A stretch of DNA of 64,000 nt from Candidatus Latescibacterota bacterium (GCA_965237525.1 CBDEFO010000003.1:224001-288000), one strand, 5' to 3'; positions 42,561 through 53,648 are shown, counted from the stretch's first letter. Notes: generated by a model not told the origin, from the letters alone. Translations and numbers: made by a program.

Positions 42561-43430
42561 GTGATACTTCAGATACTGATATCCATGCGCCCCAAGCAGT
42601 GGATTAAGAACTTCTTCGTGCTGGCGGCCCTGGTCTTTTCAAAGAATCTCCTCGATACCGATTCCCTGTACAAGAGCCTTGAAGCCTTTGGACTTTTCTG
42701 TCTCATTTCAAGTTCTGTATATATAATCAACGACATCCTGGATCTGGAAAAAGATAAAAGACATCCTGAAAAAAGAAAAAGGCCCTTGGCCGCCGGGAAG
42801 ATGAGCGTCCCGACAGCTTGGGCCGCGGCTGTCACAATGTTGTCCCTTTCCCTATTACTTTCCTTTTGGCTTAAAACATCTTTCGGAGCCGTAAGCTCTG
42901 CATACTTGGTGCTCAACCTTGCGTATTCTATCTACCTTAAGCATGTAGTTATCATAGATGTTATGATGGTAGCCTTCGGATTTCTGCTGAGAGCTGTTGC
43001 AGGAGCTGTTGTCATAAATGTTGATATATCATCCTGGTTTATGCTGTGCACCGTGCTTTTGGCGCTCTTTTTAGGGTTCGTCAAGAGGAGACACGAACTT
43101 GCTATCCTCGAGGAAGGCGCATCAGATCACAGAAAGTCGCTCGAAGAATATAGCTCCCTGTTCCTCGATCAGATGATAGCCGTCGTCACCTCTGCCACTT
43201 TAATTTGCTACGCCCTCTACACGATGTCGCCTGAGGTCGTACGCAAACTCGGAACGGAGCGTCTGGACCTGACCGTTCCCTTTGTCCTCTACGGAATCTT
43301 GAGATACCTATATCTGGCCTACGAAAAGGGCGAAGGTGGTAATCCCACTACGACCATCTTAAACGATGGTCCGCTTCTGATAGACCTAGGACTCTGGCTC
43401 TTGACTTTGGTGCTTATCCTCTACACTTAG
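42561..43430 (+). CDS. UbiA-family decaprenyl-phosphate phosphoribosyltransferase-like protein
   Basis: MRPKQWIKN, YIINDILDLEKDKRHPEKRKRPLAAG, KRRHEL. Confidence 0.9.
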   Translation: MILQILISMRPKQWIKNFFVLAALVFSKNLLDTDSLYKSLEAFGLFCLISSSVYIINDILDLEKDKRHPEKRKRPLAAGKMSVPTAWAAAVTMLSLSLLLSFWLKTSFGAVSSAYLVLNLAYSIYLKHVVIIDVMMVAFGFLLRAVAGAVVINVDISSWFMLCTVLLALFLGFVKRRHELAILEEGASDHRKSLEEYSSLFLDQMIAVVTSATLICYALYTMSPEVVRKLGTERLDLTVPFVLYGILRYLYLAYEKGEGGNPTTTILNDGPLLIDLGLWLLTLVLILYT

Positions 43431-43573
43431 CAACTCCAGCATCTCTTCCCGAAAAGAAGTCAGATTACTCTGTGTGTTTCGCGCCTTGATGCTACATCCT
43501 TTCCAACCTGGCGCGGTAGCAATGCCCACAGCGCCCTTAAGACCTGCATGACTTAGATACGTTTCGGATAGCC

Positions 43574-43833
43574 TCAGTATAACCGATAGCCGATCAAAAG
43601 CCTCCAGACCTGATCCGTATTGTCCTCTTTGGGCCCTGCTCCCTTTTCAAATCTGCGAGAGTATTTGTACACTTTCCCCTGAAGATGGAGGTAAAACCTG
43701 TCGCCTGCCTTGCGGCGTTCTATGTCAACTCCTATGTAATCTAATCTCTCCTCCATCCTGTCTATGCCCTCGTCTCCCGAAAAAGGCACAAGTGCCTCTG
43801 CCCTTTCACGGTCGTATTCAAAACTCACCCTAA
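43574..43833 (-). pseudogene. Probable 3' remnant of an unidentified gene truncated by IS1182
   Basis: Open frame begins at the IS boundary; no recognisable motif. Confidence 0.35.
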
Positions 43834-45352
43834 AAGCCTTGTGAAATAGTTATGTCCCAGGCAGCGTCTGAAGCGCCGATTATGGGTCAAAGAGTAGCAT
43901 ATCGTATCGTTTTGCTGTGGAATAAGCAAAATAGTCTTATCAGAGTTCTGGTCAGCAAGGAATAGGAGCTGTTTGAAGAACAGGATGCACTGTCTTTGAC
44001 AGACAGGGCACACATAGACGCTTTCCCCCTTCTTATGAAAGATACAAGCCTCTTGAGATTCTGTACTGTTGCAACAAGATTCAACTGTTCATTCAGTGAG
44101 GCTAGTCCTCTGTAACGGGCTCGTCCCATACCGTGTTGTTGCCTGGCTTCAGCAAAGATATGTTCACTGCGTTTACGGAGTCTCCGGGAGAGTTTGTAGT
44201 CAGCTGTTAATGAGATAGACCGTGCATGATTTCTGGCTTTCGCCTCTCGCACTTTTCTATCCCGTTCGGCCTGAATATGTGCTGAATTTGTCTTGTTTTT
44301 CCATGTAGGAATCGGTTCAATCTTCTCATCGGCTCGCAGAGGAATATGGGGTATGATTCCCCGGTCAAGTACATCAGCGATAAAATTACCAGAACCGTAA
44401 CCGGTATCGGCACTAAGTGTCTGAATGTCTTTGGGCATGGTGTATGTTTCAAGGTCATCTACCATCTTAAGGGCACTTTCGGGCTCTGCTGTCCCTGTCG
44501 CCTGCGTGCCCTGAGTCTCAAGGATTACTCTGCTTTTTGTGTCGATCAGATCATGGCCCATAAACGAGAGAAAAGCCCCTTTGCCCTTCGATTTGCTGTA
44601 TAAGCGCGCGTCGGGGTCTGTAGTCGAACGGTGTGTTTGGTTCGTCCACTTTTCACCATGAAAGTCTTTATCCTGAGGATGCCCGGACCTACCCTTTGTC
44701 TTATCACCTTCAAAACCGATTCCCTTGAGATAATCATCAAGAGAAACAGGGGGTTCTATCGGCTCAATACTTTTCACTGAAGCATCAGCTTGTATCTGAG
44801 TGCCGTCGACACTAAGGTGTTTACCGCTCACAAGACCGACATCTATGCAACACTGGACTACCTGACGCATTATCCGTTCAAACAACCCACTGGATGCCCA
44901 CTTGTGATTGCGAAGCTTGTTGATCGTGCTCCTATCCGGAACCGCATCATCAAATGTCTGATGACAAAACAACCGATATGCCGCATGCATCCCCACTTCC
45001 TGACAGAGCCGATTCTCACTCAAATTATACAGATAGCCAATAAGGATCATTCGAACAACTAATTCAGGATCAATACCGGGTCTGCCATTGTCAGGGCAAT
45101 AACAATCTGATACAACGTCTCGTACAAATGAAAAATCAACTGCCTCATCAATCTGACGAAGGATATGATCCTCGGGAACTAAATCCTCCATCTGAAAATA
45201 GTGAAACATCGGATTTGTCTGTTCCTGCTCTTGTGGGGTCATTGTTTCCTCCATGTATAATATTATCAATAACATAATATAATACATCGGAGCTGCTTTA
45301 TCAATGCTTGTTCTATACTACTTTCTGAATCTAAGGGTTTTTCACAAGGCTT
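43834..45352 (-). mobile_element. IS1182-family insertion sequence
   Basis: 13-bp IR AAGCCTTGTGAAA at 43834-43846 and 45340-45352; no target duplication seen. Confidence 0.85.
43887..45242 (-). CDS. IS1182-family transposase
   Basis: LVPEDHILRQID, GRPGIDP, SVDGTQIQADAS, TTDPDARL, ADTGYG, RSEHIFAE, RYRGL. Confidence 0.92.
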   Translation of the reverse strand: MTPQEQEQTNPMFHYFQMEDLVPEDHILRQIDEAVDFSFVRDVVSDCYCPDNGRPGIDPELVVRMILIGYLYNLSENRLCQEVGMHAAYRLFCHQTFDDAVPDRSTINKLRNHKWASSGLFERIMRQVVQCCIDVGLVSGKHLSVDGTQIQADASVKSIEPIEPPVSLDDYLKGIGFEGDKTKGRSGHPQDKDFHGEKWTNQTHRSTTDPDARLYSKSKGKGAFLSFMGHDLIDTKSRVILETQGTQATGTAEPESALKMVDDLETYTMPKDIQTLSADTGYGSGNFIADVLDRGIIPHIPLRADEKIEPIPTWKNKTNSAHIQAERDRKVREAKARNHARSISLTADYKLSRRLRKRSEHIFAEARQQHGMGRARYRGLASLNEQLNLVATVQNLKRLVSFIRRGKASMCALSVKDSASCSSNSSYSLLTRTLIRLFCLFHSKTIRYATL

Positions 45353-46019
45353 CTCAGCCATGTAAGAAAGTAGCGCAAAGAACCCGAAGGCAATAGCAGA
45401 CACCCCCCCCTGCAAGTCCATCTATCCCATCCAGGAGATTCATAGCGTTGGAACTCCCCACTACATAGAGCACTACAAGAAAAACTCCCAAAAGTCCCAA
45501 AGGGATACCTTTTGTCATTCCGATCAACACAATTACAGCTGTTATCTGTCCCAAAAGCTTAGTAAAAGGTGAAATTCTCTTCATATCGTCAATAAGTCCT
45601 ACTATAAAGATAACTCCTGACGACAAAATTGCTGTGATATAAATCACCAGAAAGTCCGAATTTAAATAATTAAATCGATATGCACCATATCCGACAACCG
45701 CAAATGTCAAAAACATAGCGATCCCTCCTGTTCTGGGGATCGGATAAGAGTGAACGTCCAACCTTCCCGGAGTATATACGATGTTCAATCTCTTTGCTGT
45801 CTCCTTTGCCAAAAAAGTTAAAGCTATAGATAGAGCAAGGCAGATCCAAAATAGAGCCGCATTGACCTTGATTCCTGTCAACTCAAAGCTGGCCCCGACA
45901 AGCAGAGCAGCCCATAGTGGGAGACGAAGAAAACGCCTGGAAGATAAATTTTCCGTCCTTTGTGTAAGACTTTTGCTCATAACTGTAGAATCCAGACAAG
46001 ACTGACGAAGATACCGCAA
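45353..46019 (-). pseudogene. MraY/WecA-family glycosyltransferase truncated by IS1182
   Basis: HSYPIPRTGGIA, GLIDD, NAMNLLDGIDGLA; G8 run shifts frame, corrected frame runs into the IS end. Confidence 0.85.
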
Positions 46020-46055
46020 AGCCCAGCAGAAACGAGAATTAAGATATACGTTATT

Positions 46056-46523
46056 CTACGTCAAAACACAAGCATTATCCACATAAAAAAATGTGGAGAG
46101 GGAGGGATGTTTGATTGCCCATGCGATCACTGGCCCGCAGCACCAGAGAGTTAAGGGTCTGTCGAGATTTTCGGCGACCTCCAAAGGTTCTGGGGCAGAG
46201 GGAATCTTGAAGAGTTGGCAATACTCCTTGAGGAGGTCCACAACAATAACATCAAGGGCTGTCGCTAATCTTCTCAGGGTCCTAATGGATCTGCTCAGTG
46301 TCCTAATGGAAAAACTGCTGTCGGATTTCTCCCACTTCGTGATAACAGTCCTGTGAACGCCGACCTTCGCCGCTAACTGATACTGTTTCAGCCCGCGCTC
46401 CTTGCGAATGTTTCTGAGGTTTTCTCCTACCGTCAAACTTGTCTTCTTTGCTAACGTATGGCTGTTCTGACAGGATGTCGGATACGTAAATAAACATAAC
46501 ATATTTCTAGTGACAATTGGCAA
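46056..46523 (-). CDS. XRE-family HTH regulator (start uncertain)
   Basis: VGENLRNIRKERGLKQYQLAAKVGVHRTVITKWE..LATALDV. Confidence 0.75.
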   Translation of the reverse strand: MPIVTRNMLCLFTYPTSCQNSHTLAKKTSLTVGENLRNIRKERGLKQYQLAAKVGVHRTVITKWEKSDSSFSIRTLSRSIRTLRRLATALDVIVVDLLKEYCQLFKIPSAPEPLEVAENLDRPLTLWCCGPVIAWAIKHPSLSTFFYVDNACVLT

Positions 46524-46658
46524 CTATTTTCTTGCACATGTAGAGACAATTTGTCATCTTGAGTGCCCAATATAGATTTTTTATTGCTTTTAACTCTAAA
46601 AAAGCTTATATTTTGACGTTGATTATCATCTGCCGATTTAACCTTAAAAGAGGCGTCC

Positions 46659-47969
46659 GTGATGTTTGACCAGCTCACAGATAGATTAGAGCAAGTGTTC
46701 AAGAAGCTAAGAGGACGCGGCAAGCTTTCGGAAAAGAATATAGAGGAAACGCTGCGCGAGGTAAGACGCGCCCTTTTGGAGTCAGATGTCAATTACAAGG
46801 TAACCAAAGACTTCATCGAGAAGGTGAAGCAAAAGGCCACAGGTCGGGAGGTCTTAAAGAGCCTTACTCCAGGTCAACAGGTCATAAAGGTAGTCCATCA
46901 GGAACTTGTACACCTTATGGGCGGGGATGAGAGAGCTGACATAAAGTTCGCTGGTTCTCCTCCCACTGCGATAATGCTCGTCGGGCTTCAGGGATCAGGC
47001 AAGACCACAGCCGCTGCCAAATTGGCAAGACACTTCAAATCTAAGGGCAGCTATCCCTTACTGGTAGCTGCTGATGTGTATCGCCCCGCAGCTATAGATC
47101 AGTTAGAAACACTAGGCAGGTCCATAGACGTTCCCGTCTATAGAGCCTCGGAGGGGACTGACCCTGTGGACATCTGCCAGGACTCCCTGCGAAAGGCGAA
47201 GGCTACAAACCGAGACCTTATCATTCTGGACACCGCCGGTAGACTCCACATAGACGACGAGATGATGCGCCAACTTGAGAGGATAAAAGCGGAGACTGTT
47301 CCGGATGAGATCCTCTTTGTAGCTGATAGCATGACAGGTCAAGACGCAGTGGGCGCCGCCACCGAATTTAGAGAGCGTCTCAACTTTGACGGTGTCTTTT
47401 TGACCAAGCTCGACGGAGACGCAAGGGGTGGAGCCGCTCTTTCTATAAGAGCTGTCACAGGTGCACCCATCAAATTCGTCGGAGTCGGAGAAAAAACAGA
47501 TGCCATAGAACCTTTTTATCCCGACAGAATGGCGTCCAGAATTCTCGGTATGGGGGATATTCTGTCTCTTGTTGAGAAAGCGGAAAGATCTATAGATAGA
47601 GATAAGGCGCAGGAGCTTGAAGAAAAGCTCAAAAAGGATGCCTTCTCACTCGAGGACTTTATGGATCAACTCAAACAGATAAAGAATATGGGCCCTTTAG
47701 AGGAACTTCTGGGCTTAATCCCCGGAGCGGGTAAGGCTATGAAAGGGCTAAAGGTGGATGAAAAGGCCTTCATAACTATAGAAGCAGTAATAAACTCGAT
47801 GACCCCACAAGAGCGCAGAAAGCCAAATATAATAGATGGTAGAAGAAAAAAACGCATAGCAAGGGGGAGTGGGACCACAGTCCAGGATGTCAACAGGCTC
47901 CTCAAACAGTTCGGGATGGTGCAAAAGATGGCTAAGAATATGAATAAGGCCAATCTGTCGTGGATTTAA
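46659..47969 (+). CDS. ffh: Signal recognition particle protein
   Basis: [32 protein letters not shown] domain. Confidence 0.98.
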   Translation: MMFDQLTDRLEQVFKKLRGRGKLSEKNIEETLREVRRALLESDVNYKVTKDFIEKVKQKATGREVLKSLTPGQQVIKVVHQELVHLMGGDERADIKFAGSPPTAIMLVGLQGSGKTTAAAKLARHFKSKGSYPLLVAADVYRPAAIDQLETLGRSIDVPVYRASEGTDPVDICQDSLRKAKATNRDLIILDTAGRLHIDDEMMRQLERIKAETVPDEILFVADSMTGQDAVGAATEFRERLNFDGVFLTKLDGDARGGAALSIRAVTGAPIKFVGVGEKTDAIEPFYPDRMASRILGMGDILSLVEKAERSIDRDKAQELEEKLKKDAFSLEDFMDQLKQIKNMGPLEELLGLIPGAGKAMKGLKVDEKAFITIEAVINSMTPQERRKPNIIDGRRKKRIARGSGTTVQDVNRLLKQFGMVQKMAKNMNKANLSWI

Positions 47970-48019
47970 GAAAACTATTTGGATATTGACAAGAGAATCG
48001 ATCCAAAAAGGAGGACAAT

Positions 48020-48412
48020 TTGTCAGTAAAACTAAGATTGATGAGGCTCGGAGTCAAAAAGAGGCCCTTTTACAGAGTCGTCGCAATGGACATCAGAAGT
48101 CCCAGAGATGGCAGATCAATAGATACGCTGGGATACTACAATCCAATTCCGGAAGAGTCTGAAACAAAGATAGACGAGGAGAAGGTCTTCCTCTGGCTTG
48201 AGCGCGGAGCTACGCTCAGCCAGACGGTCAAGAGCCTACTTAAAAGACAGGGGATCCTTCAAAAGTGGAATCGGATGAAGTTCAGCTCTGGAGAAGTCGA
48301 AACACCGCCTGAGAAGCCTTTCGAGGAAGTAACGCTCAAGGGGAAGGACTCCACAGAAGAATCGTCGGGATCCGAAGAGACTACCGAAGACGAATCTGAC
48401 TCTTCCGAGTAG
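48020..48412 (+). CDS. rpsP: 30S ribosomal protein S16 with acidic C-terminal extension
   Basis: VKLRLMRLG.KKRPFYRVVA, RDGR, LGYYNP. Confidence 0.97.
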   Translation: MSVKLRLMRLGVKKRPFYRVVAMDIRSPRDGRSIDTLGYYNPIPEESETKIDEEKVFLWLERGATLSQTVKSLLKRQGILQKWNRMKFSSGEVETPPEKPFEEVTLKGKDSTEESSGSEETTEDESDSSE

Positions 48413-48430
48413 TAAATTCAACAGTAATAT

Positions 48431-48967
48431 ATGACAGATACAGACAACGAAGTTCCTAGATCCGCGTTCGTCACGATAGGGGAAATAACAAAGACACGGG
48501 GCGTAAAAGGCGAAGTTAAAGTGGTTCCGGTTACGGATTGCCCGGAGAGGCTCTGCGATCTAGATTCTGTCTATGTCGAAACGAAAGACGGGACGGTGCA
48601 GATTGCCCAGTTAGAACGCGTGCGTCTTCATTCGGGCTTTGCATCGTTCAAGTTCAGGGGTATAGAATCTCCTGAAGGCGCGGAGAAACTGCGCGGATCT
48701 TTCATAATGGTCAAAAGAGAAGACGTATTCCCGCTTAAAGAGGGGAAATTCTACGTATTTCAGCTTTTGGGCCTAGATGTTCAGACTGAGGACGGTACAT
48801 CTGTTGGCACAGTGCATGACGTCATAAACTCCCCCGCTAACGATGTTTATGTCGTAAGAAACGGACAAAGGGAATACTTAATTCCCGCTGTTCGGAAGAT
48901 TGTAAAAGACATAGACCTCCAAAGGGGGAAGATAACTATAGATGCCATAGATGGACTTTTGGATTAG
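48431..48967 (+). CDS. rimM: Ribosome maturation factor RimM
   Basis: GVKGEVKV, FYVFQLLGLDV, ANDVYVV, LIPAV; synteny. Confidence 0.95.
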   Translation: MTDTDNEVPRSAFVTIGEITKTRGVKGEVKVVPVTDCPERLCDLDSVYVETKDGTVQIAQLERVRLHSGFASFKFRGIESPEGAEKLRGSFIMVKREDVFPLKEGKFYVFQLLGLDVQTEDGTSVGTVHDVINSPANDVYVVRNGQREYLIPAVRKIVKDIDLQRGKITIDAIDGLLD

Positions 48968-48975
48968 ATTAGAAG

Positions 48976-49725
48976 ATGCGTATAGATATACTCACTATAT
49001 TCCCAGGAATGTTCGACGGCCCCTTCGGTTGTGGCATAGTCAATAGGGCTCGGGAAAAAGGCCTGGTGGAGATAAATATAAACAATCTCAGGGACTTCTC
49101 ACAGGACAAGCACAAAAGGGTGGACGATTACCCTTATGGCGGTGGAGCGGGAATGGTCTTCAGACCCGAACCCATAGTTGGGGCTTTGAATTCCCTGAAC
49201 TCCGATCAGGAAGGCTCAAGATCAAGAGTCATCTTCCTATCCGCCCAGGGGCGCACACTCAATCAGGCGCTTTTAAATGAGCTGTCCCTGGAAAATCACC
49301 TTGTTCTTTTGTGTGGACACTACAAGGGTGTGGACGAAAGGGTCATAGAAAAGTACGTCACAGATGAGATTTCAATAGGAGACTACGTCCTTTCGGGGGG
49401 GGAGCCGGCGGCCGTAGTCATAACTGATGCTGTAGTCAGACTCATCCCGGAAGCGATAAGCGACTTTGAGTCTGCAATGGAAGACTCATTTCAAGATGGC
49501 CTGCTGGACTGTCCCTGGTACACCAGACCGGCCGAATTTGAGGGTATGAAAGTTCCCCGGGTGGTCCTTTCCGGCGACCACAAAAAGATAAAAGAGTGGA
49601 GGAGACGGGAGTCCATCAGAAGGACGCTTCAACGGAGACCCGATCTCCTTAAACGGGCGCGCCTTTCGGATGAAGACAGAGAAATTCTGCAATCTCTAAC
49701 TGAACAAGAGGACTTGAAAGTATAA
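48976..49725 (+). CDS. trmD: tRNA (guanine37-N1)-methyltransferase
   Basis: VDDYPYGGGAGMV, SIGDYVLSGGE, YTRP. Confidence 0.98.
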   Translation: MRIDILTIFPGMFDGPFGCGIVNRAREKGLVEININNLRDFSQDKHKRVDDYPYGGGAGMVFRPEPIVGALNSLNSDQEGSRSRVIFLSAQGRTLNQALLNELSLENHLVLLCGHYKGVDERVIEKYVTDEISIGDYVLSGGEPAAVVITDAVVRLIPEAISDFESAMEDSFQDGLLDCPWYTRPAEFEGMKVPRVVLSGDHKKIKEWRRRESIRRTLQRRPDLLKRARLSDEDREILQSLTEQEDLKV

Positions 49726-49743
49726 GGATATTAAGGAGGGAAA

Positions 49744-50085
49744 ATGGACGTCCTGCAAACCGTAGCGTCTCAACACCTGAAAGACAATGTTCCTGACTTT
49801 GGCCCCGGAGATACGGTCAGAGTACATGTCAGAGTCATAGAAGGTGAAAAGGAGAGAACACAGATCTTTGAAGGGACAGTACTGCAAAGGAGAGGTGGAG
49901 GCATATCAGAGACATTCACAGTCCGAAAGGTATCCGCAGGTTTCGGCACCGAAAGGATCTTCCCGCTCCACTCTCCTGGAGTAGCCAAGATCGAACGCAT
50001 CCGAAGAGGGAAAAGCAGACGAGCGAAACTCTTTTACCTCAGAAAGCTCAAAGGCAAAGCCGCCAGAGTTGCAGCAAGAAGATAG
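49744..50085 (+). CDS. rplS: 50S ribosomal protein L19
   Basis: [36 protein letters not shown]. Confidence 0.98.
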   Translation: MDVLQTVASQHLKDNVPDFGPGDTVRVHVRVIEGEKERTQIFEGTVLQRRGGGISETFTVRKVSAGFGTERIFPLHSPGVAKIERIRRGKSRRAKLFYLRKLKGKAARVAARR

Positions 50086-50129
50086 GCGGCGCGACCTCAG
50101 CTAACCGATCTTTCTTGTTCTTTTCCCTT

Positions 50130-50160
50130 GCCCCATCACAGCTGTCCGATGGGGCGTTTT
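50130..50160 (+). terminator. Intrinsic terminator after rplS
   Basis: GCCCCATC...GATGGGGC stem followed by TTTT. Confidence 0.65.
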
Positions 50161-50195
50161 ATTTATCCCTCAAAGTGGTGCGACCGCTCCGTGAT

Positions 50196-51827
50196 ATGAA
50201 GAAGATCACAGCTTTCCATATATTCGCGATCGTTCTTACAGTATTCTTCTGCGCCGTAAGATACATCAGATTTCAGGAGCCTATGGGACTTGACCAGGGT
50301 CTCTTTGCCTACTTCGGAAGACATATCCTCACCGGCAGTGTCCCCTACTTAGACATCTGGGACAGCAAACCTCCCGGTATATTCTATATATACTCCATCA
50401 GCTTTGCGCTCCTCGGCGACTCCTTCTTCAGCGTGTATCTTATCGAGACCCTCTTTTTGGCCCTCACGGCCCTTTTGATCTACCTTCTGTGCGCAGAAGT
50501 TTTCGATAAGAAAGTCGCCCTATTTGCCGCGGCCATCTACGTTCTCTTTTCCAACGCTCCTATATTCGACGGATTCTGGTCCACAGCACAGGCTGAGGTC
50601 TTCATGAACTTGCCCATAGTCGCAAGCCTCTACATCCTCACCAAGAACTTAAGGAGATGGCACTTTTTCGCCTCTGGGGTTCTTCTCGGACTGTCAGTGA
50701 TGTTCAAACTTACCGCCCTATTCCTGCTACCCTCTTTTATCCTGTATCTCTACCTGTCCTTCAAAGACAAATCCCCGATTGAACCCCCAATAGATTCAAT
50801 TGGGGGTCGGGATAGGATTCACAGGTACACATATTTCGGCATCGGACTTATCATCCCTCTACCCATCTGTGCCTTCTACTTCTGGATGCAGGGAGCCCTC
50901 GACGATATGATTTACACACTTGTCTCTTACAGCTACCGCTACTCGCAAGCCATAACCCAGGGACAGCCTTTTCTCAAGACTTCCCTTGGACAGTTCATAA
51001 GGTTTGTCATTTTCAACCCCACAGTATCCATTTTATCCCTCGTCGGACTTATATATCTCCTTGTAAAAAGACGTTCTAAAGAAACGTATCTTTTAATATC
51101 CTATCTTGTGCTATCCTTTATTTCGGTCTGGGCGCAAAGACAGTTTGCAGGGTACCACTTCATCGTGCTCTCGCCTCCGCTTGCCGTCATCTGCGGCAGT
51201 GCATGCCCCTTTATATTCAACTGGATAGTCCGAAGCACAAGCTCTATCATCCGCAAAAGATCCTTAGAGACTCTGCTCAGGTCATCTGCAGCTATTATAA
51301 CAGTAGTATTACTAGCCTTTTTTCTTTACACGGAGATGTCCCGTTATTATCGGTACTACAGACCGGACATCTCCTACGCTCGTGGAAGGATATCCCCAAG
51401 GGAATATCTAAAGACTTTCGACACGGGAGCAATATCCTTTCTGAATAACAGCTCTGTCGCTGACTATATAAGAGATAGGACCGATAGTGACGACTATGTC
51501 CTGGTATGGGGATTAGCCCCCGCTATCTATTATCTGTCAGACAGAAAATCTCCCACAAAATACGTCTTCCACCACGTTCTGTTGACCGACGCTCCGCTGT
51601 CCCGGCAACTTGGGGGTCTTGAGGGAAGGAGAAAAGAATTTTTGGAAAAGGTAACCGACAGCAAGCCCCGTTACATCGTCATAGGCATCAACGACAGGAA
51701 CGGCTTTGAGCCGCAGGACTCCGACACTCAGCTTCTCAATTTCAAAGAGTTCAAGGACTATGTCTTTACAAACTACGATAGAGAGAAGAGAATCGGGAAT
51801 TTCATCCTTGTGAGGAGAAAGGAGTAA
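50196..51827 (+). CDS. ArnT/GT39-like integral membrane glycosyltransferase
   Basis: DQGLFAY, PYLDIWDSKPPG, AQAEVF; many TM helices. Confidence 0.82.
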   Translation: MKKITAFHIFAIVLTVFFCAVRYIRFQEPMGLDQGLFAYFGRHILTGSVPYLDIWDSKPPGIFYIYSISFALLGDSFFSVYLIETLFLALTALLIYLLCAEVFDKKVALFAAAIYVLFSNAPIFDGFWSTAQAEVFMNLPIVASLYILTKNLRRWHFFASGVLLGLSVMFKLTALFLLPSFILYLYLSFKDKSPIEPPIDSIGGRDRIHRYTYFGIGLIIPLPICAFYFWMQGALDDMIYTLVSYSYRYSQAITQGQPFLKTSLGQFIRFVIFNPTVSILSLVGLIYLLVKRRSKETYLLISYLVLSFISVWAQRQFAGYHFIVLSPPLAVICGSACPFIFNWIVRSTSSIIRKRSLETLLRSSAAIITVVLLAFFLYTEMSRYYRYYRPDISYARGRISPREYLKTFDTGAISFLNNSSVADYIRDRTDSDDYVLVWGLAPAIYYLSDRKSPTKYVFHHVLLTDAPLSRQLGGLEGRRKEFLEKVTDSKPRYIVIGINDRNGFEPQDSDTQLLNFKEFKDYVFTNYDREKRIGNFILVRRKE

Positions 51828-51998
51828 AGAATCTCTACAGCAACACTTACTTATTATATCTATCGATTTTAATCCTTGCGCTCTAAGATGAAAATATCTA
51901 TCTTTAGTATCGGATTTTGCAATTAAGTACGATTATGCTAACCTGTATCCAACAATTGAGTCTACATCGAACAAATGTGTTACATCTGGAGGTAGTCT

Positions 51999-52538
51999 AT
52001 GCAGTGGAAGGAGCTTGGAATTACGTTGAAGAAGCAGTTGTCCTCGTACATGATGTGGATGTTTGCTAACTTAGGAGGGTTGGCTGTTGCCTATTTGGCT
52101 AATTTCACTATATGGACACTCCACCGTGACTCCGGAAGCTATGCGTATATGCCGAGACCTGATACGTTTTTAATTTCAGGTACTATCTCTTTGGCAGTAG
52201 CTGGAATTCCCTATTTGAGTCTTCCTCGATCCCGTTCAGTTTCGCTCTCCCCTGTACTTTCCCTCTTATGGGTTCCTCTGGTGGCAGCAGTTTACGGGAT
52301 ACTCATCGCTATGGGTGTTAAGCAACCTGTCATCAGCAAAAACGAGATATGGTTTATTGCAATTCTAATAGCGATAGGTTGCTGGTCTTGGTCAACCGTG
52401 ACATGGCTTCATGAACAGGGAATTCGAATGGAAATAGAGGAAGAGCCACAGCCCCCACCGGAACCATCTCAATCACTCAAGGATACGGCTGAAGATCTCC
52501 GTAAAACAAGTGGGACTGGCGATCTGGAGGATATCTAA
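51999..52538 (+). CDS. Hypothetical membrane protein (~4 TM) with acidic/proline-rich tail
   Basis: GGAGG SD; four hydrophobic segments; stop abuts the next ATG. Confidence 0.75.
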   Translation: MQWKELGITLKKQLSSYMMWMFANLGGLAVAYLANFTIWTLHRDSGSYAYMPRPDTFLISGTISLAVAGIPYLSLPRSRSVSLSPVLSLLWVPLVAAVYGILIAMGVKQPVISKNEIWFIAILIAIGCWSWSTVTWLHEQGIRMEIEEEPQPPPEPSQSLKDTAEDLRKTSGTGDLEDI

Positions 52539-53642
52539 ATGGACACAATCCAAATACCGGTGATCGAGGTGCGCCAGAATATTGGAGAACTATATGTCGG
52601 TGCTATGAAAGCCCATGATCTATATGCTATAGCTAAGGTGGATCGCATTAGATTGGAATCCATGAAGATACCGAAGTATGCAGGATTCCAACGCCCTCTT
52701 GTTCAAGATCGGATAAGCGCCATCCGAGATTACCTGGACACACCACGATGTACCTTCCCAAACGCGATTATCCTATCTTTGGATTCGGAGTACATTGAGA
52801 ATTGGGAAGATGTTCAGGGCGGCTCGAATGTGAGTACGTTGAATGTTCGGCGAGAAGAGGGAGCAGCGAAAATCATCGATGGCCAGCACCGTTCTGCAGC
52901 GCTTGATGCTTCTCAACAAGGATTTGAGGTGATCGTATCGATCTTTGTAGATCTTGAAATGGGACGAAGTGCTGAAATCTTTTCTAAAATTAACAGTACG
53001 CAAAAGGCCGTAAATCCCTCTATTGCCTTCCAATTGTTTGGATATGCAGAAGATCGCAGTCCGCAACGCACTGCGCATGAAATAGCAGAGATATTCAATA
53101 CCACCGAAGGATCACCTTTCTATAAGCGTCTTAGGATGCTAGGAACCAAGGATAATTGGTCGATGGGAGGAACTCTTAGTCAATCGACTTTCTGCAAGGA
53201 ACTGATGAGGTTGTACACAAGAGATCCAACACGAGATGAGAACCGTCTTTTACGTAAAGAGAAATTAGACACCTATTCAGATTATCCCTTCCGAGACTGG
53301 TTTATAGAAAGTAATGATCAGAAAATCCTGGAAACAGTATGGAGGTTTTTCGTCCGCATCGCTAATACGTGGCCAGAGCAGTGGTGGGATAAAGGAGGTG
53401 AATCAAACCTTACAAAAACAACAGGGTATGCAGCATTCATACAGATTCTAAGAATATGGCTTTTGAATGGTTCACAAGCTAATCAAGTTCTAGAAGATAA
53501 CGGAGTTGAAGAACTATTTAAGAGAATTAAGGAAAAGTACGAGAGTCCTCAACATCGGTTTGTTAGTAAGAATTACCGTGCCGGTAACGAAGGTGTAGTG
53601 AATCTACGCGACGCCCTTGTTAAAGACCTTAAAGTGAAATAG
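52539..53642 (+). CDS. DGQHR domain protein (DndB/DpdB-related)
   Basis: GFQRPL, FPNAIIL, IIDGQHR, IFSKINSTQKAV. Confidence 0.9.
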   Translation: MDTIQIPVIEVRQNIGELYVGAMKAHDLYAIAKVDRIRLESMKIPKYAGFQRPLVQDRISAIRDYLDTPRCTFPNAIILSLDSEYIENWEDVQGGSNVSTLNVRREEGAAKIIDGQHRSAALDASQQGFEVIVSIFVDLEMGRSAEIFSKINSTQKAVNPSIAFQLFGYAEDRSPQRTAHEIAEIFNTTEGSPFYKRLRMLGTKDNWSMGGTLSQSTFCKELMRLYTRDPTRDENRLLRKEKLDTYSDYPFRDWFIESNDQKILETVWRFFVRIANTWPEQWWDKGGESNLTKTTGYAAFIQILRIWLLNGSQANQVLEDNGVEELFKRIKEKYESPQHRFVSKNYRAGNEGVVNLRDALVKDLKVK

Positions 53643-53648
53643 ATTATA

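Noticed and set aside
46659..50085. ffh-rpsP-rimM-trmD-rplS cluster as a novel finding
   Set aside because: Ordinary conserved bacterial gene order
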